This document shows positions 50,191 through 62,868 of a stretch of DNA of 64,000 nt, piece by piece. The stretch covers positions 1,674,001 to 1,738,000 of the forward strand of contig BCGN01000001.1 of the NCBI GenBank assembly GCA_001599295.1, read 5' to 3'. Under the pieces are notes generated by a model that did no database searches, had not been told where the DNA came from, and worked only from the letters and a program-made list of their open reading frames with translations. The translations under genes were made by a program, and so were the position numbers. The first letter of the stretch is position 1, and each line of letters starts with the position of its first letter. This stretch comes from Sporopachydermia quercuum (taxonomy: Eukaryota).

Positions 50191-50537
50191 TCAACTAATT
50201 TTTTGCTGTTACAGATAATTTGGTATATATATACTCTAACACTAAACATCAACTTTTAAGAGAATTGAGGCAATAGCACATTACTAGTGGTAGGTTCTAA
50301 TTTCTGAGATTATACAAAAACATTTGGTTTTCACAAGGTACATGCTACAGAAACATATGGTCGATCATCTAGAATCATTGTTGATTGAAGATACTGCTAA
50401 TATACAACATTGGTATATAAACAGGCAAAAAATACATAAAAATACAAATGATTATCTGTCATACCTACGTGTGGATCCTTCTTCTTTCCCTCCCTTAATT
50501 GAATTTTTATTCGCTCTCTCTTCTACTTCATATGCAA

Positions 50538-51943
50538 TTAACAATATTGTCTTTGGTTCAATGGAAATGCAACACCAGCCGGCGCTATATCACTGTCGAT
50601 ACTGTATGTGAAACTTTCAGTCTCATCATCTTGTATAACTTTTCGTGTCCTATACATCAAAGGTACTTCAACAGTGGCTGATCCAATTAAACATATCAGT
50701 GTTAAAACCACAGTACCAAACATGAAAATAATCCCAATTATCTTCACAGGTAAAGAATTATACTTGGTACCTATTTCCAGCAATGCAGTTGTAACTGTAC
50801 CCAANGGAAATGTACCTGCCCACCAATTTTTGGAGAAACTCAGCTTGCCATATCTAGCTATGGACAAGATTGCAATAAACAGCCAAAAGGTTGCATAAGC
50901 TAATAAGAAGAACGCCATTAAAGTTGTTACCAGCGAACATGTGCTCGAAACGCTAAGAAGATTTGTTTTCTCAAATGCAGTTGTTGCTTCTTGTGATTTC
51001 AGAAAAAAATAGTCTGCTGCATCTTGGCCTTGACGAAACACTCCAAATGCTCCTTGTCCTAAGGGTCCCAGGGGTAAAAATGCCGAGAATGCAGCTGCTT
51101 TTGGAGGATGACCGTAAGTAAGTAGCCTATACAGATATAAGACCATGAGTGTAGATGCCAAGGTTTCGCCTAGGGAAAATAATAAGAAGCAAAGAATCAA
51201 ATGTGAGAATCTCATGTATTCAGGTATAGCATAAAAGAGCATAGCACCTTGTGAAGAGACGACAACTAATGGAACAACTGGGAGTAGAATCAGTGCATTA
51301 ATTTTCTTCAGATCTATGTTTCCATATGTAATCATGATATATGGGATAAAGAATGCGGAACATATGGAAAGAACAATATTAAGTAGTGTCAATGAATAAC
51401 AAAACATATTCCATCCATGTAAGCCCGGTGCTTCTGCTCCATAATATTGGGCTATGAAATGAAGGGTGTTACTGACAGCTGTGAGACCCATGGGAAAACA
51501 TGCCAGGCAAACCATGTGCGTTGGTTCTTTCAAAACTAGAGTAAATGTCCGATAGTCATATATGAGTCTAGTGAGAAATAGAATAAGTGTGCCAAACAAT
51601 ATAAATATTGCTATAGCAAAAAATATGAGACCAAATATGCGAATTACAAGTGATTCAAGTACGGTCGTACCAAAGCTGAATAAAATTGAGGATGAGATAC
51701 CTGTTCCCATTATTGACACGAACCAGCTACAATTAACATATGTTAGGATTTCAGGATCTGAATGAAAAAGAGTACCTTTCTGTCTTTTCTATATGAAAGA
51801 TGGAAGAATGTCCCTCATGGTGAATGCTTTTCATTTATCAAATAAAATCAAACATGCATAAAAGTAACATACAATGGTGTGAACGATTGAGTTAACTGAT
51901 CCTTTCGGAAAGTCTGGAATCTGAATGGAATGTTGAATCCCAT
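50538..51943 (-). CDS. SLAC1/TDT-family transporter (Ssu1 sulfite efflux / Mae1-like); exons 51943-51873 and 51726-50538 (419 aa)
   Basis: Intron 51872-51727 (GTATGT...CCTAAC...TAG) restores SFTPFWFVSIMGTG; FPMG, LLPVVP, FLPLGPLGQG and WWAGTFxLG motifs; about 10 TM segments. Confidence 0.88.
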
Positions 51944-53087
51944 TTTGCAGGATTAAAGATAGTCTATCAACAGAATAATTGATGTCTTTGGTGCAACTTC
52001 TTCTCCTTATCTCCATCGACTTTTACTATATGTACTGTTTTCCTATCTCGAAAAGAACACCAGACACTGCACATTTGAAACTCTGGAAGCTGATTCTAAT
52101 CAACTTTTATGTAATATACAATTTCTTTTTTGAAGAAACTGGTGATTTTTATTCAAATCACGTATTCAAAACTTGATAGTACTCATGCAAAAGAAACTAT
52201 TTTTCATTGTACTATGGAGCGTGCGCCACATCTATCATTTATATACTGCTGTGTTTTATGTATTCCTAAATTTGGACACATACAGCCACATTGTCTTACC
52301 AATGCCACAGAAGATAGCAACAGTCTCTCATTATCCTCTGCAGCTACCGTTTTGGAAGGCGTGAAAGTTTGCATCAACCTCAGCCCTGGCATAAGATAAT
52401 GAACGTTCACTAGTCTAAGACTCGGTGGCTCATTCTCAAAATACCCTAAGTATGTAGAGGAGATAAAGGAGAATCTTTTACACTTCAAAATCTGGTAAAT
52501 TCCACAGCCCTAGTAATATCCAGTTTTCTTTTTGATAAATTGATTTTTTTAAGTTCTCCTCAATTTTATCGGTACAAATAACATCATCACTGATTGAACA
52601 ATTAGGTGAACTGTGAATTTACATCACTTTCCCAAATTGGAATAANTGTGGCTCATTGATGAGGCTAGGCTCTCAGACTGGTAATTACACATGCTCCAAT
52701 ATACCTTATGAACTAATTTTTCATATGTTTCGTTTTATCTTACTCGTCTTCGTAATGTGTATTATCAACATCCGCGGCCGAACTACGGCTCGTTTCAACA
52801 CAACGGGAGTGCTTACTTGAATGATTAGCTATCTATCGTTGTAGTCAGATGTTAGCTCTGTNAGGATTCAATCTTCAGTACCCTAATTGTTTTTAGACCA
52901 TACTTAATTGAGTTCAAGTATACCAGTAGTTTGATTGGTTAAGAACCTAGGAAATACATCATATTCACGTGCCTCAAATTTGGTGAGAGTCGTAAAGATC
53001 CGTTCCCTAACCGATTTTAGTTGCTCATTGTTGAACAGTTTTATAGCTGGAGACTTTCAATAAACCTAATTTTAATATATCTTACCT

Positions 53088-54713
53088 ATGGCTGAAGGAA
53101 ATTCTACGGAGCCNACAACGGCAATTGCTACTGCGGGTCCCGCAGTTACTGATACTCAATCAACAGAAACAACTACACCACCTTCAACTCTAGTTACACC
53201 TCCAACTGACTCAACTTCCTTGGCATCTATTATTACATCAGGCATTGATCCGGCCACAGGGAAAAAGCTTACGAACAAAGAATTAAAGGAATTAAAAAAG
53301 AGAGAGAAAGCAGAACGAAGAGCTGCGGCCAAGACTGCTGCTGGTGTTAGTCCAAATGCTCAGCAAAACAACACCAGCTCCAATTCCAACTCTAACAGTT
53401 CCCAAATTTCTGCGGACCAGAGATCGGGCAAAACCACCCAACTGAACTCCCAATCTGCTAAGGAAGCTGTTGCGGCAGATCGTATTAAGAATACATTAGC
53501 ATTATTTGGTCACTTAGANCCCCATCTCAATATAAGAAATTCACAGGCCCACCCGTCAATAGTTATTCACCCCGAAATTTCAACATTGGCTTTGAAGTTT
53601 TCCACATATGATATCGTTGGCTCTCGTGCTCGTTGCAAGTCAATGCTACTGGCTTTTAAAGGTCTTATTCGTGATTATATCACACCTCCAGGAACGTCTA
53701 TATCTAGAAATCTAACAGCCAATTTAAGTCACCAAATTGATTATTTAAAAACAGCTCGACCTTTGAGCATCTCTATGGGAAATGCTATCAGATGGTTGAA
53801 AAGAGAAATCTCCGTTTTGTCACTCGATACGAGTGAAGATCAAGCAAAGATTCAATTAACTGAAAAGATTGACTCATTCATCAAAGAAAAGTTAGACTTA
53901 GCAGATGTTATTATTATGGAATCAACTGCTGATAAGCATATCAATGACGGTGATATTTTACTGACATTTGGTCACTCCTCGGTCATCGCAGAGACATTCC
54001 TCTATGCCTACACCCAATTACGAAAGAATTTCACAGTCATAGTAGTTGATTCTAGGCCTTTGTTTGAAGGTCGTAAATTGGTGAGAAGACTATCTAAAGC
54101 TGGAATTAGATGTATATACGTATTGATTGGGTCATTATCAACTATTTTAGATAAAGTCAATACTGTTTTCTTAGGTGCTCATGGTATATTTTCTAATGGA
54201 AGGTTATACTCACGAGTTGGTACTGCTGTTGTCGCTATGGCTGCTAAATCGCGAAATATTCCAGTGTTGGTATGCTGTGAAAGCATTAAGTTAAGTGATC
54301 GTGTTGTTTTAGACTCGGTATCAGTTAATGAACTTGGTGATCCTTCTCAATTGACAGATTTGACAATTCAACCGCCTGTTAAGAAGAACAGCTCATTAGA
54401 AGCTTTCCTATCTAAATATAGGGCCGCCAATGCTAATGTCAATGGCAATAGCAATGGTAATCAACAGAAGAAGGGAGATAACAAAAATAGAAATTCAGGT
54501 GGAAACGATAAGGATGTTGGTAATATTATCTATAACAATGCATTGGGTAAGTCACCATTACATGATTGGATGAATATTGACCATTTGAACATTTTAAATG
54601 TCATGTTCGATTTAACACCTCCGGAATATGTGAAAAAGATTATTACCGAGCTTGGATCTTTACCTCCAAGTTCTGTTCCTGTTATTTTACGTGAATATAA
54701 GTCTATTCAGTAG
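53088..54713 (+). CDS. GCD2: Translation initiation factor eIF2B delta subunit
   Basis: 541 aa; LFGHL, IHPEI, ARPLSISMGNAIRWLK, VVDSRPLFEG, NGRLYSRVGTA, TELGSLPPSSVPVILREY. Confidence 0.95.
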   Translation: MAEGNSTEXTTAIATAGPAVTDTQSTETTTPPSTLVTPPTDSTSLASIITSGIDPATGKKLTNKELKELKKREKAERRAAAKTAAGVSPNAQQNNTSSNSNSNSSQISADQRSGKTTQLNSQSAKEAVAADRIKNTLALFGHLXPHLNIRNSQAHPSIVIHPEISTLALKFSTYDIVGSRARCKSMLLAFKGLIRDYITPPGTSISRNLTANLSHQIDYLKTARPLSISMGNAIRWLKREISVLSLDTSEDQAKIQLTEKIDSFIKEKLDLADVIIMESTADKHINDGDILLTFGHSSVIAETFLYAYTQLRKNFTVIVVDSRPLFEGRKLVRRLSKAGIRCIYVLIGSLSTILDKVNTVFLGAHGIFSNGRLYSRVGTAVVAMAAKSRNIPVLVCCESIKLSDRVVLDSVSVNELGDPSQLTDLTIQPPVKKNSSLEAFLSKYRAANANVNGNSNGNQQKKGDNKNRNSGGNDKDVGNIIYNNALGKSPLHDWMNIDHLNILNVMFDLTPPEYVKKIITELGSLPPSSVPVILREYKSIQ

Positions 54714-55035
54714 TTCATATGTATTTTTTCAATTGCAGATAGTTAATGGGTAACTACAATAGGTAAATGGAACGTGAANAAAATGCTATGATTTTTTCAT
54801 TATTCATTGAATCATGAGTAGCGTAGAAATGAAATGGTTGACTCATGATATCGTTATCCATTATAAGTTTTCAGTATCAAGCAATAACAGTCGACCAACA
54901 AATTCTACTATGGCTTTCAATATTAATATTGCTGATTACTATTAAGACTGTTAGAATAATTCATTATCTAGTCTTCAAGTAACTTAGCTTTTAACCCACA
55001 TCACAATTCTAATAATCCTTCTAATCCCAATCATT

Positions 55036-57573
55036 TCATTTATCTACTTCTATTTCATTACTAGGACTTGAAGCCTCCATATCGAAATCCTTTGATCCTG
55101 AAGCACTCGACCCATCTATGGTTTCTTCATTAACTAGTTTATTACTTTCATCAACAATTGATCCATCATTTATTTCGTTCATTCCATCAACATCAACATC
55201 AGCAGCATCATTACTAATACCACTGTTGTTATTAGCTATCATTTTGCTCTCAGCGTATGATTCTAATCTCTTCCATGATTCATTTTTAATTGCTTTCCTT
55301 CTTTCATTTTCAATCAATGATTTCTTATACATCACCAAACAACGATCAAATAGCAATTGATTAGAGTCCATAAATAATTTCAAAGCATTGAATGCTAAAC
55401 TATGGATTGTACGATTCCAATATCCAGATGCTGTGCTTGGTATTGAGGAATTGGATGTTATAGGCGTTAATAACTGCATAGTTGAATCTCCATTAACTGA
55501 ACCCTCAGTATTGCCGTCTAAACCATTACCAGCTAATCTTTCGTTTGCTCCACCACCAGAATTTGAAAAGGATCCCATGGAATCAAAAGGATCATCTAAG
55601 CCTGGTGTTTTAGGCTCATTCAAACTGATTTCGTACAAGGGTGCGAAGATGATAGGTAAAATAACTTCAGTATTGTCAGCAATCAATGCTAAAAAATAAT
55701 CATTATTCCAAAAACAAAGTACTTTCTCGCTGACTTGGAAATGTGGGGATGCTATACATTTAGCAAGCTGAACAAATAAAGGAATTTGAATCTTAGCAAA
55801 CTCTTGNGGTTCCAAAACTTCAAACGAATCTTCAATCTCTGATAAAAACATCAATTCCTTTGGACTATTCGTTTTAGGCCAATACCTTAATAAGCTCATG
55901 TAAACTTCATCAGTCATTGCAGGTTCTTTTTCTAAAAATTGAACAACACAATATGAAAGTTGTGGTTGATATAAGGAAAGACATTTTGGCTTATGTAAAG
56001 GCATCAGTACTTTACATAAGAAGATTTTATGCTCTTCTTTCAATGGTAAAGCAAACCCATTAATAATAGATCCCAGAATCTCTAGTAATTCAGCGATACC
56101 ATTAAATCGATCTGTTTCGTAGACAAATTGTAAGAAAACATTATTAATGGATTTACGTATAAATGAACGTAACGATAAGAACTTACCATAAATTCTATGC
56201 AATGTCGTCTTAAGACAATCTCTTTCTCTAGGATCTTCACTGTCAAATAATTCTAACAAATGAAGTATGAAAGGATGATCAATATATTGTTTAGCCACAG
56301 TATGATTGAAATCCGGCGACTCAACAAATCTAAGAAAGAATTCATATACTAATTCCATATGAGGCCAAGCCACTTCAGATACTGGTTCATCTTCATCAGG
56401 GTCAAAAATTTCGCCAATAGGATTAACTGGTGGTGGAATAGGTCTGAATAAGTTCTTCTTAAACATAGCAACAACATGAGCATACACTTGATCAGAATAA
56501 GTAAATCTGTTCATAGAGACAAACTCCACTAGTTGCTGCAAAGTGATTCGTTTCAACTCCTTCCCACGAATATCTGATGATGGATCAGTGAAATCAAACA
56601 TAATATTGCATTGGTCTACTTTACGAATGAATAAATTGATCCTCTCCGTTGGTGGCACATCTTCAAAAGCGGGTAATTGAATAAACTCCTGATGGTTTCC
56701 AATTTCAAACCGGGAAGAATTGTGACGTTTTGGTGATCTTATTCTGTCCAAATCTGCATCTATATGTAGCCTTTCAAACGAGTGAGAGTTCCTAGGAATA
56801 TGGATTTCGTCGGTTATTGTTTCTTCTGGTCCTGCAACTGCAATGGTATCATCAGTTACATGTAAGCCAGCAATGGACGGAATAGGGTGATGAAATGATG
56901 TAACTTCTTGAGCTGTTTGCTCAGATTCTGCTCCAACATCAAAAGTTGGTGCTTCTGTTGTACCTGAGGCAGTTGGTTCCAAAGTGATTTCTGGACTATC
57001 TGGATCAGGTCCCGATAAAGTTATGTCCAACTGAGGTCTTTTATCTATTTGGATGTCAAGTGGCTGATGGGATTCTTGCTTGAAATTGGATTCAGGTTCT
57101 TGCATATCTTGGGATTGTTCTTGAGATAAATACACATTTGGTTCAAAAGGATTGGAAATGGGATTTGAACCTGCACTATGAGCGCTAATTGTAATTGCAG
57201 GAGTGTTAGTATTGTCTTCAGGAGAGGAAGACATAGATGCAGAAGTTTGTTGTGACGCGCTTCTTGCTTGTGAGGATACGTTTGCATTTCCTGTTGTTGA
57301 TGTTAGTCCAGGGTTTGTACTTGTCGATGATTTGTCTCCTTGATTACTATTGTTGCTATTACTGCTGCTCGTGGACTTCTGAGACCCAGGGGTTCCTGGT
57401 TGAGCTGTAGAATCTTTCTTTCTTGACCCTGATTTAGTATCGTGACTTTTACTTCTCGACAGCTATAAATACAATAAGAGTTAGAATGAATTTAGAGAGA
57501 ACCTTGTAGTTTAACATATAATGGATCTCCGGTAGTAAATGAGACATACGCGCTGTTTAAATCCTTTCATCAT
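55036..57573 (-). CDS. RTS1: PP2A B' (B56) regulatory subunit; exons 57573-57550 and 57462-55036
   Basis: B56 core ([37 protein letters not shown]); a 24-nt first exon MMKGFKQR plus intron 57549-57463 (GTATGT...CTAAC...TAG) gives the Rts1-type N-terminus MMKGFKQRL. Confidence 0.95.
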
Positions 57574-59532
57574 CTTTAATATGCTATTACTATGTGGATG
57601 TTTTTTGATAGCAAACTCAAAAACCGTTAAATTCTGGTATAATAAAAAGAGAATATGATGTTTTTTATTCTCACAACGTTTGATTTGATTGAATATAACT
57701 CTAAGTGTACAGATTCTAGTGTACAAGGACTCAAGTGTTGATACTAAGGTTAATTATTATTGTCACCTTCTACACACATACATTCACATTAAGCAAATCA
57801 ACTGATTATTAAACTGGTGGTTCAATCAAAATATCTCAGCAACAGTGACAACAACGACAAGACCACGCAGAATAATAATAGTACTAGCAGACAAGTATGG
57901 CTAATATTCAAATTGATTGATTCTCAGACAACCACCTAGTTGGATGCTCTTGCTATCTTTGATGATGCTGTTAACAATTATTGTCCCAATAGCTAAACAG
58001 AGGAAAGGAAGAAATCAGTGGAGGCTGAGGGCTTCAGTCAAGAAAGTATTTACATGTAAACAGATTTTTGAGGGGTGTCGAGATTTGGAAATAAGGTTTT
58101 GTATAATATGCAAGAGTGATGTAGGTGAATACTCTGGTTGATGAGAGTGAGCAAATAGAATTCAAAGAGGAAAATCTTCAGAGGTAATTATTGGGGTTAT
58201 TGAGGTTCTAAGATTGGATTTGGTATTAGTCGGTTGATTTATTAAAGAAATATCTAAAATAGTAAAGTTGATAGCTTAAATAATAAATGTTTCTAATCTA
58301 GCGGTATTAAAGAAACATTAAGGTTAGATTTCCTAGCATAACAGCAGAACTATACATGGACGTGCATAGTTTATATAAACCTTATTGATATATGAGGATA
58401 TATGAGAGAAGACGTCTACGTACAGAATAAAAAACGTTCAAAAGGCTCCTCAAACAGGAAAATTTGTGATAATAATGTTTCAGTAACAATGTTGAATAAT
58501 AAACTCATTTTGTGATCCAAATGTTTTTATGTAACAACTCTTAATTGCATCCTTCTGATCATTCAACATTCAACATGGGGTTAAGATGAAACTCAAAATA
58601 ATATGTATCACGTGATCCANCATTATACCAAATTGAGAGGTATCATCATGTCTTGCCTAGCTATCACAAGCTAGGTCAACTCCCAAATATAATACAAANT
58701 GTTCCTACTCTGAATAATCAGAGTTAGTTTTTATTTGGTTATTCTAAAACCACGATTACAAATTTCCACATTTAATTCATCAATAGGTCTCTTTCATTTA
58801 GACTGTCGTCATTAACTGTCAAATGACAGACAATACACAATGTCTCTCTGCCATTCATAGTTTTTGAAGTGAGATGGGATATCCATGCACTTTATATGGT
58901 GAAACTTTTCGCATAAAACAGAAAAACTTATCACCGAAAAACTTTTTAGATCTTTGAAATTCTCAGTGCAATTTCTTTTATTGAATATTTTAATTGATTC
59001 CATATTATTTGCCAGTATTTAGTGATTGAGAAGCTAGAAATCAATGATACTATTTTATTGTTTTTGGAAAATCTGAAAACATACAAATGGTCGATTGCTT
59101 ACAGGTATGTCTCATTTGATATGACTTCGTTGCTACAGTTCTTCTAGTGAAATCATTAAATTGACACTTGTATTATAACTTACAATTATTTGATGATTTT
59201 TTACTGCTTTTTGAGTAGTACTTGACTATTTGCGTGATCTGATATTGATATGATGATTCTTGACCGATTACTTCTGAATGACTGTTTTAACAGTCATCGA
59301 AATGAAGAATCAAACCAAGAACCGCTACTCTGATTAAATATCCACGAAGAGCGTTTGTTTAACTGAACTCTATCAACTAAATCATAAAAATCTTTGATAT
59401 TCTATTGCATTGATTGTCCAACCTTGCTAACAAATTTCTTAGGAATTCCCCTAGCTTGTGATCTGAATTTATGAGTCTACTGTAAGTGGGGTATGCATGC
59501 TTGTATAGTTGCTATTGTATTTTCTTGTCTTT

Positions 59533-60358
59533 CTATAATTCTTCTTTCTTTTTCCTTGTGAGATCTCTTTCCCTGTTATCCATATGCTCTAAATCGTCAT
59601 CTTCTGTTTGATACAATTGATTTTGCATCATTTTGTTATTCCTATAACTGAGAAACGTATTCCACAGTGTAGCTGAAAAATTGATAACTAGTAGCCTGTA
59701 TTGCAAAGGGACGAATCCAAAATTAAGGAACTGAACTGCTGGCCATAAACACCAGTTTGCTAGTACAGTTGTTTTGAAATTGTTTTGTAATTTTTGTAGA
59801 ATATGCGACTTATCTTGTCCCTCCAATAAACCCATGACTGTGAAGTACGTGCATACGCCTACTGGGGCAAATCCCACTTGATCAACAGATACTCTAAATG
59901 CCAAGTCTCGCCATCGTAGTCGTTCTGATCCATCAGGTTTGTTTGGTAAATGAGTACCAAATGGCCATTTCACTTTATTGATCACCCTATACCAATTGTA
60001 TCCAAGCGTTATAAAAAAAAATCCACCATAAAACACTGCTCGCATTGATCGATAAACATCAATTGTAGGTAGTTGTTCTGACCCAAATAAATGCAAATCT
60101 AGTCGTGGAGGTTCATAATCACCATTAGTTATTCCCTTTGGAGTGGGAAAGCAAACTTGAGCAATAAAGTCTCCTGTTGTGCATAATATCTGATACTGTT
60201 AGAACGCTATTCACCTGCGAAAGTAAAAAAGTTTTAACAATTCCGATGTTTGTTATGGGCAGAAAATTTCAAATATTACGTACACCAGAAGCTAGGCCAT
60301 TAGCTATCAATGGCCTTGTATGTAGTTGACGTAAGTACCATCGAAAAAAGGTAGCCAT
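59533..60358 (-). CDS. SYM1: Mpv17/PMP22-family membrane protein; exons 60358-60284 and 60189-59533
   Basis: WYLRQLHTRPL, GDFIAQ, DQVGFAP, NWCLWPAVQFLNFGFVPLQYRLL, WNTFLS; intron 60283-60190 (GTACGT...CTAAC...CAG). Confidence 0.88.
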
Positions 60359-61929
60359 TTCCAGCTATGTATATTTTGTTTCAATACTTGTGGTCAATTG
60401 TATGTCTTGACTTACTGTTGAGCTCACTTGCGATTGATTGAAAAGAATGTGGCTGTTCTTCAAACGCTATTGCTACTCCAAACTTGTTCCTGTTACTTTG
60501 AAGTATTCTTGTGCTGTACCAAAATATTTAGTAATTGTATGGTCAAATCTTTATAGCTGCCAATTCGTTTGTTTAATCTGTTTCATTACGTTCTCATTTA
60601 ATTTCTGTGAGTAAAAAAGGAAGTGATTTGGAAAATCAAGTAAAAATAAAATCTTGAAAATTCAACGGTTTAACTGTTAGGCGGCTTACCAATTATTGAT
60701 TCGCGTTTCAGATAAATATTCTGTTTGTCATAATGTTCGGACCCGAAACTGATAAGACAAAGACATTTCTCTGTATGATGTAATCAGTATAACTTCGAAT
60801 AAATGAAAGAAAATGCATAAAGTAAAATAATAAATAAATCAGAGAATTAAATAATGTTACCTGCAAGCTTGTCCTATAAAGAAATATAAGATGGATTGAT
60901 GGAGTAAAGCCTCATCTAGACCCTGGATTTAAAGTTGTTGTAGGCACCGATGGACACTATACTTCGCATCTTGTCTTCATACATTTAATTGCTTTTGAGT
61001 GAATATTGAATAGGGGATTTAGGTGCTATTAATCTAGTTTCTTTTTCTTTTTCTTTTTCCTTGACTCTTTTCTTCTCTACTGGCTTGCATTCGTTAGCTT
61101 AGAAATCGATTGGGCCTGATTATCTCTTGGAAGTTTTGTATAATCATATATAAATTTTTAATAGAGTTCCATGCTTACAAGTTAAGGCGATGGCCTATGT
61201 AAACAGAAAAGAGGAGTGAATTTAGAGAGAAAAATCTAATTGATTTTATAAACTACATAACTTATTAGGCGATTACTTGAATGTTTGGAAAAATAAAAAA
61301 TCACGTGCTATAGAATAACATAATTGCTGTTATAGCTGATCATCAAATGGTAGTCAATCGGCCTTCAGTTATTTATGTGAATCAACGAGAGGGAAGGTTA
61401 TGAAGGAAATGAGGAGAGAAAAAAACGAGACACACAGTTTTTATCAAGATAAAAAGATTCGTCTATTTGTGTTCAGTTTTCGGCAGTCGTTGACAGTAGT
61501 AGGGTTCTGAACTCATTGTGCTTGTGCCAGATGAGTAAATCTATTGTAAAAGTGAATCTTCAGAATAAAATAGAGCTCCGTATGACAAGACCCAGCCAAC
61601 AGGCAGAAGGACAATCTTGGTTGCAGTAACAATCAGGTCTTTAATCATAGATCTATATATCTCTCTAGGATCAATTACTAGTTTTCAACCAATGTATTAT
61701 TGGCATCTACTTAAGAAGTAGTAAACATACTTTCATCTCTACAGAACAAGAAAAATAATGCAAAACAATTACGACTCAAGTAGAAGTAAATATTCAGTAC
61801 TAGGTAATAAAAAATGAAAAAATTAGATATATAAGAAACAAACTAAATTAAAATCAAATCAAATCAAAAAAAGAAAAAACATAGTGGCTGTTCAATAATC
61901 AATTGAAATCAGGGTGATTTAATACACAA

Positions 61930-62868
61930 CTAGGCATTTTCAGCGACAGGTTCGGCATCTTCTTCTTTTCCTTCCCATTCTTCTTCACCCGGCAATTCAG
62001 CTTCATCTTCCTCTTCTTCATCGTAATCGCCTTCAATTGACTTCCTGATGGATAAGGTTGGCTTGACAACAGCATTGTCTAAAGTCCAAGAAGCTAAAGC
62101 TTCTTCGGCGTCAATGATAACTTGTTTAGAAGCTTCATAACCATCATAAGCAGGTCTTGTTTCACCTGGAGTGACAGGGGAGTCGTCAAGTAATTCCAAA
62201 AGAGCCTTACCATATCCAGCAATCAAAGCAAGCTTTTCAGTGTGCTCACGAATAGAGTCGAATTGGTAATTGAAAGCAGCCTTTAATTTTTCTCTAGTGA
62301 TATTAGATAATTGGGCTTCAGCAACAAGAGATTCGGCTTCAGCTCTGACTAGCTCTTGTTCCAAAACTGTGATCTTAGGAGAATTAGGATCCTTGTACTT
62401 CAGGTAAGCAATTTGGTCGGTAATCTTTTGTTTACGATCACGGGAAGGTTGAACGGATGCTTCTATGTTTCTGATAGACTTCAAAGTGATTCTGTATTGA
62501 TCATACTTATCAATGAATTGATCTTCTAATTCACCGATTTCGTAGATCAAAACACCAATCTTGTCAGTGATATCAGAAACATCATCATCATTTTCTTCAC
62601 CCCAGAGAGATAATTGCTTAGCAACTTCTCTTCTTTCATTAGCAACAATCTCCATAGATCTCATCACATTTTTTTCCATCTTAATTAACTGGGCCAACTT
62701 CTTCGATAACTCAGGTCCAAATGAACCAGCAGCGGTCTTTCTGAAAGAATGGGCAATGCCACCCTTGCCGAAGAATCTGCTCTTGGTAGTTGATGGAGGT
62801 GGTGGAGGTGCTTGCAATTGAGAAGCTGTTGGGGCTCTTGAAGAGCGTAAAGAGTATGTTCTATGCAT
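61930..62868 (-). CDS. PIL1: Eisosome BAR-domain core protein Pil1/Lsp1
   Basis: MHRTYSLRSSRAPTASQLQ, LEQELVRAEAESLVAEAQLSN, PVTPGETRPAYDGY; strong codon bias. Pil1 versus Lsp1 is not certain. Confidence 0.93.
   Translation of the reverse strand: MHRTYSLRSSRAPTASQLQAPPPPPSTTKSRFFGKGGIAHSFRKTAAGSFGPELSKKLAQLIKMEKNVMRSMEIVANERREVAKQLSLWGEENDDDVSDITDKIGVLIYEIGELEDQFIDKYDQYRITLKSIRNIEASVQPSRDRKQKITDQIAYLKYKDPNSPKITVLEQELVRAEAESLVAEAQLSNITREKLKAAFNYQFDSIREHTEKLALIAGYGKALLELLDDSPVTPGETRPAYDGYEASKQVIIDAEEALASWTLDNAVVKPTLSIRKSIEGDYDEEEEDEAELPGEEEWEGKEEDAEPVAENA

Noticed and set aside
52820..52890. GGATTCAATC T-loop-like word upstream of GCD2
   Set aside because: No cloverleaf pairing.
55420..55625. 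Gly/Ser/Asn-rich insertion in the Rts1 B56 domain before WNRTIH
   Set aside because: As I recall, yeast Rts1 proteins have a variable loop at this position, so it is probably not novel.
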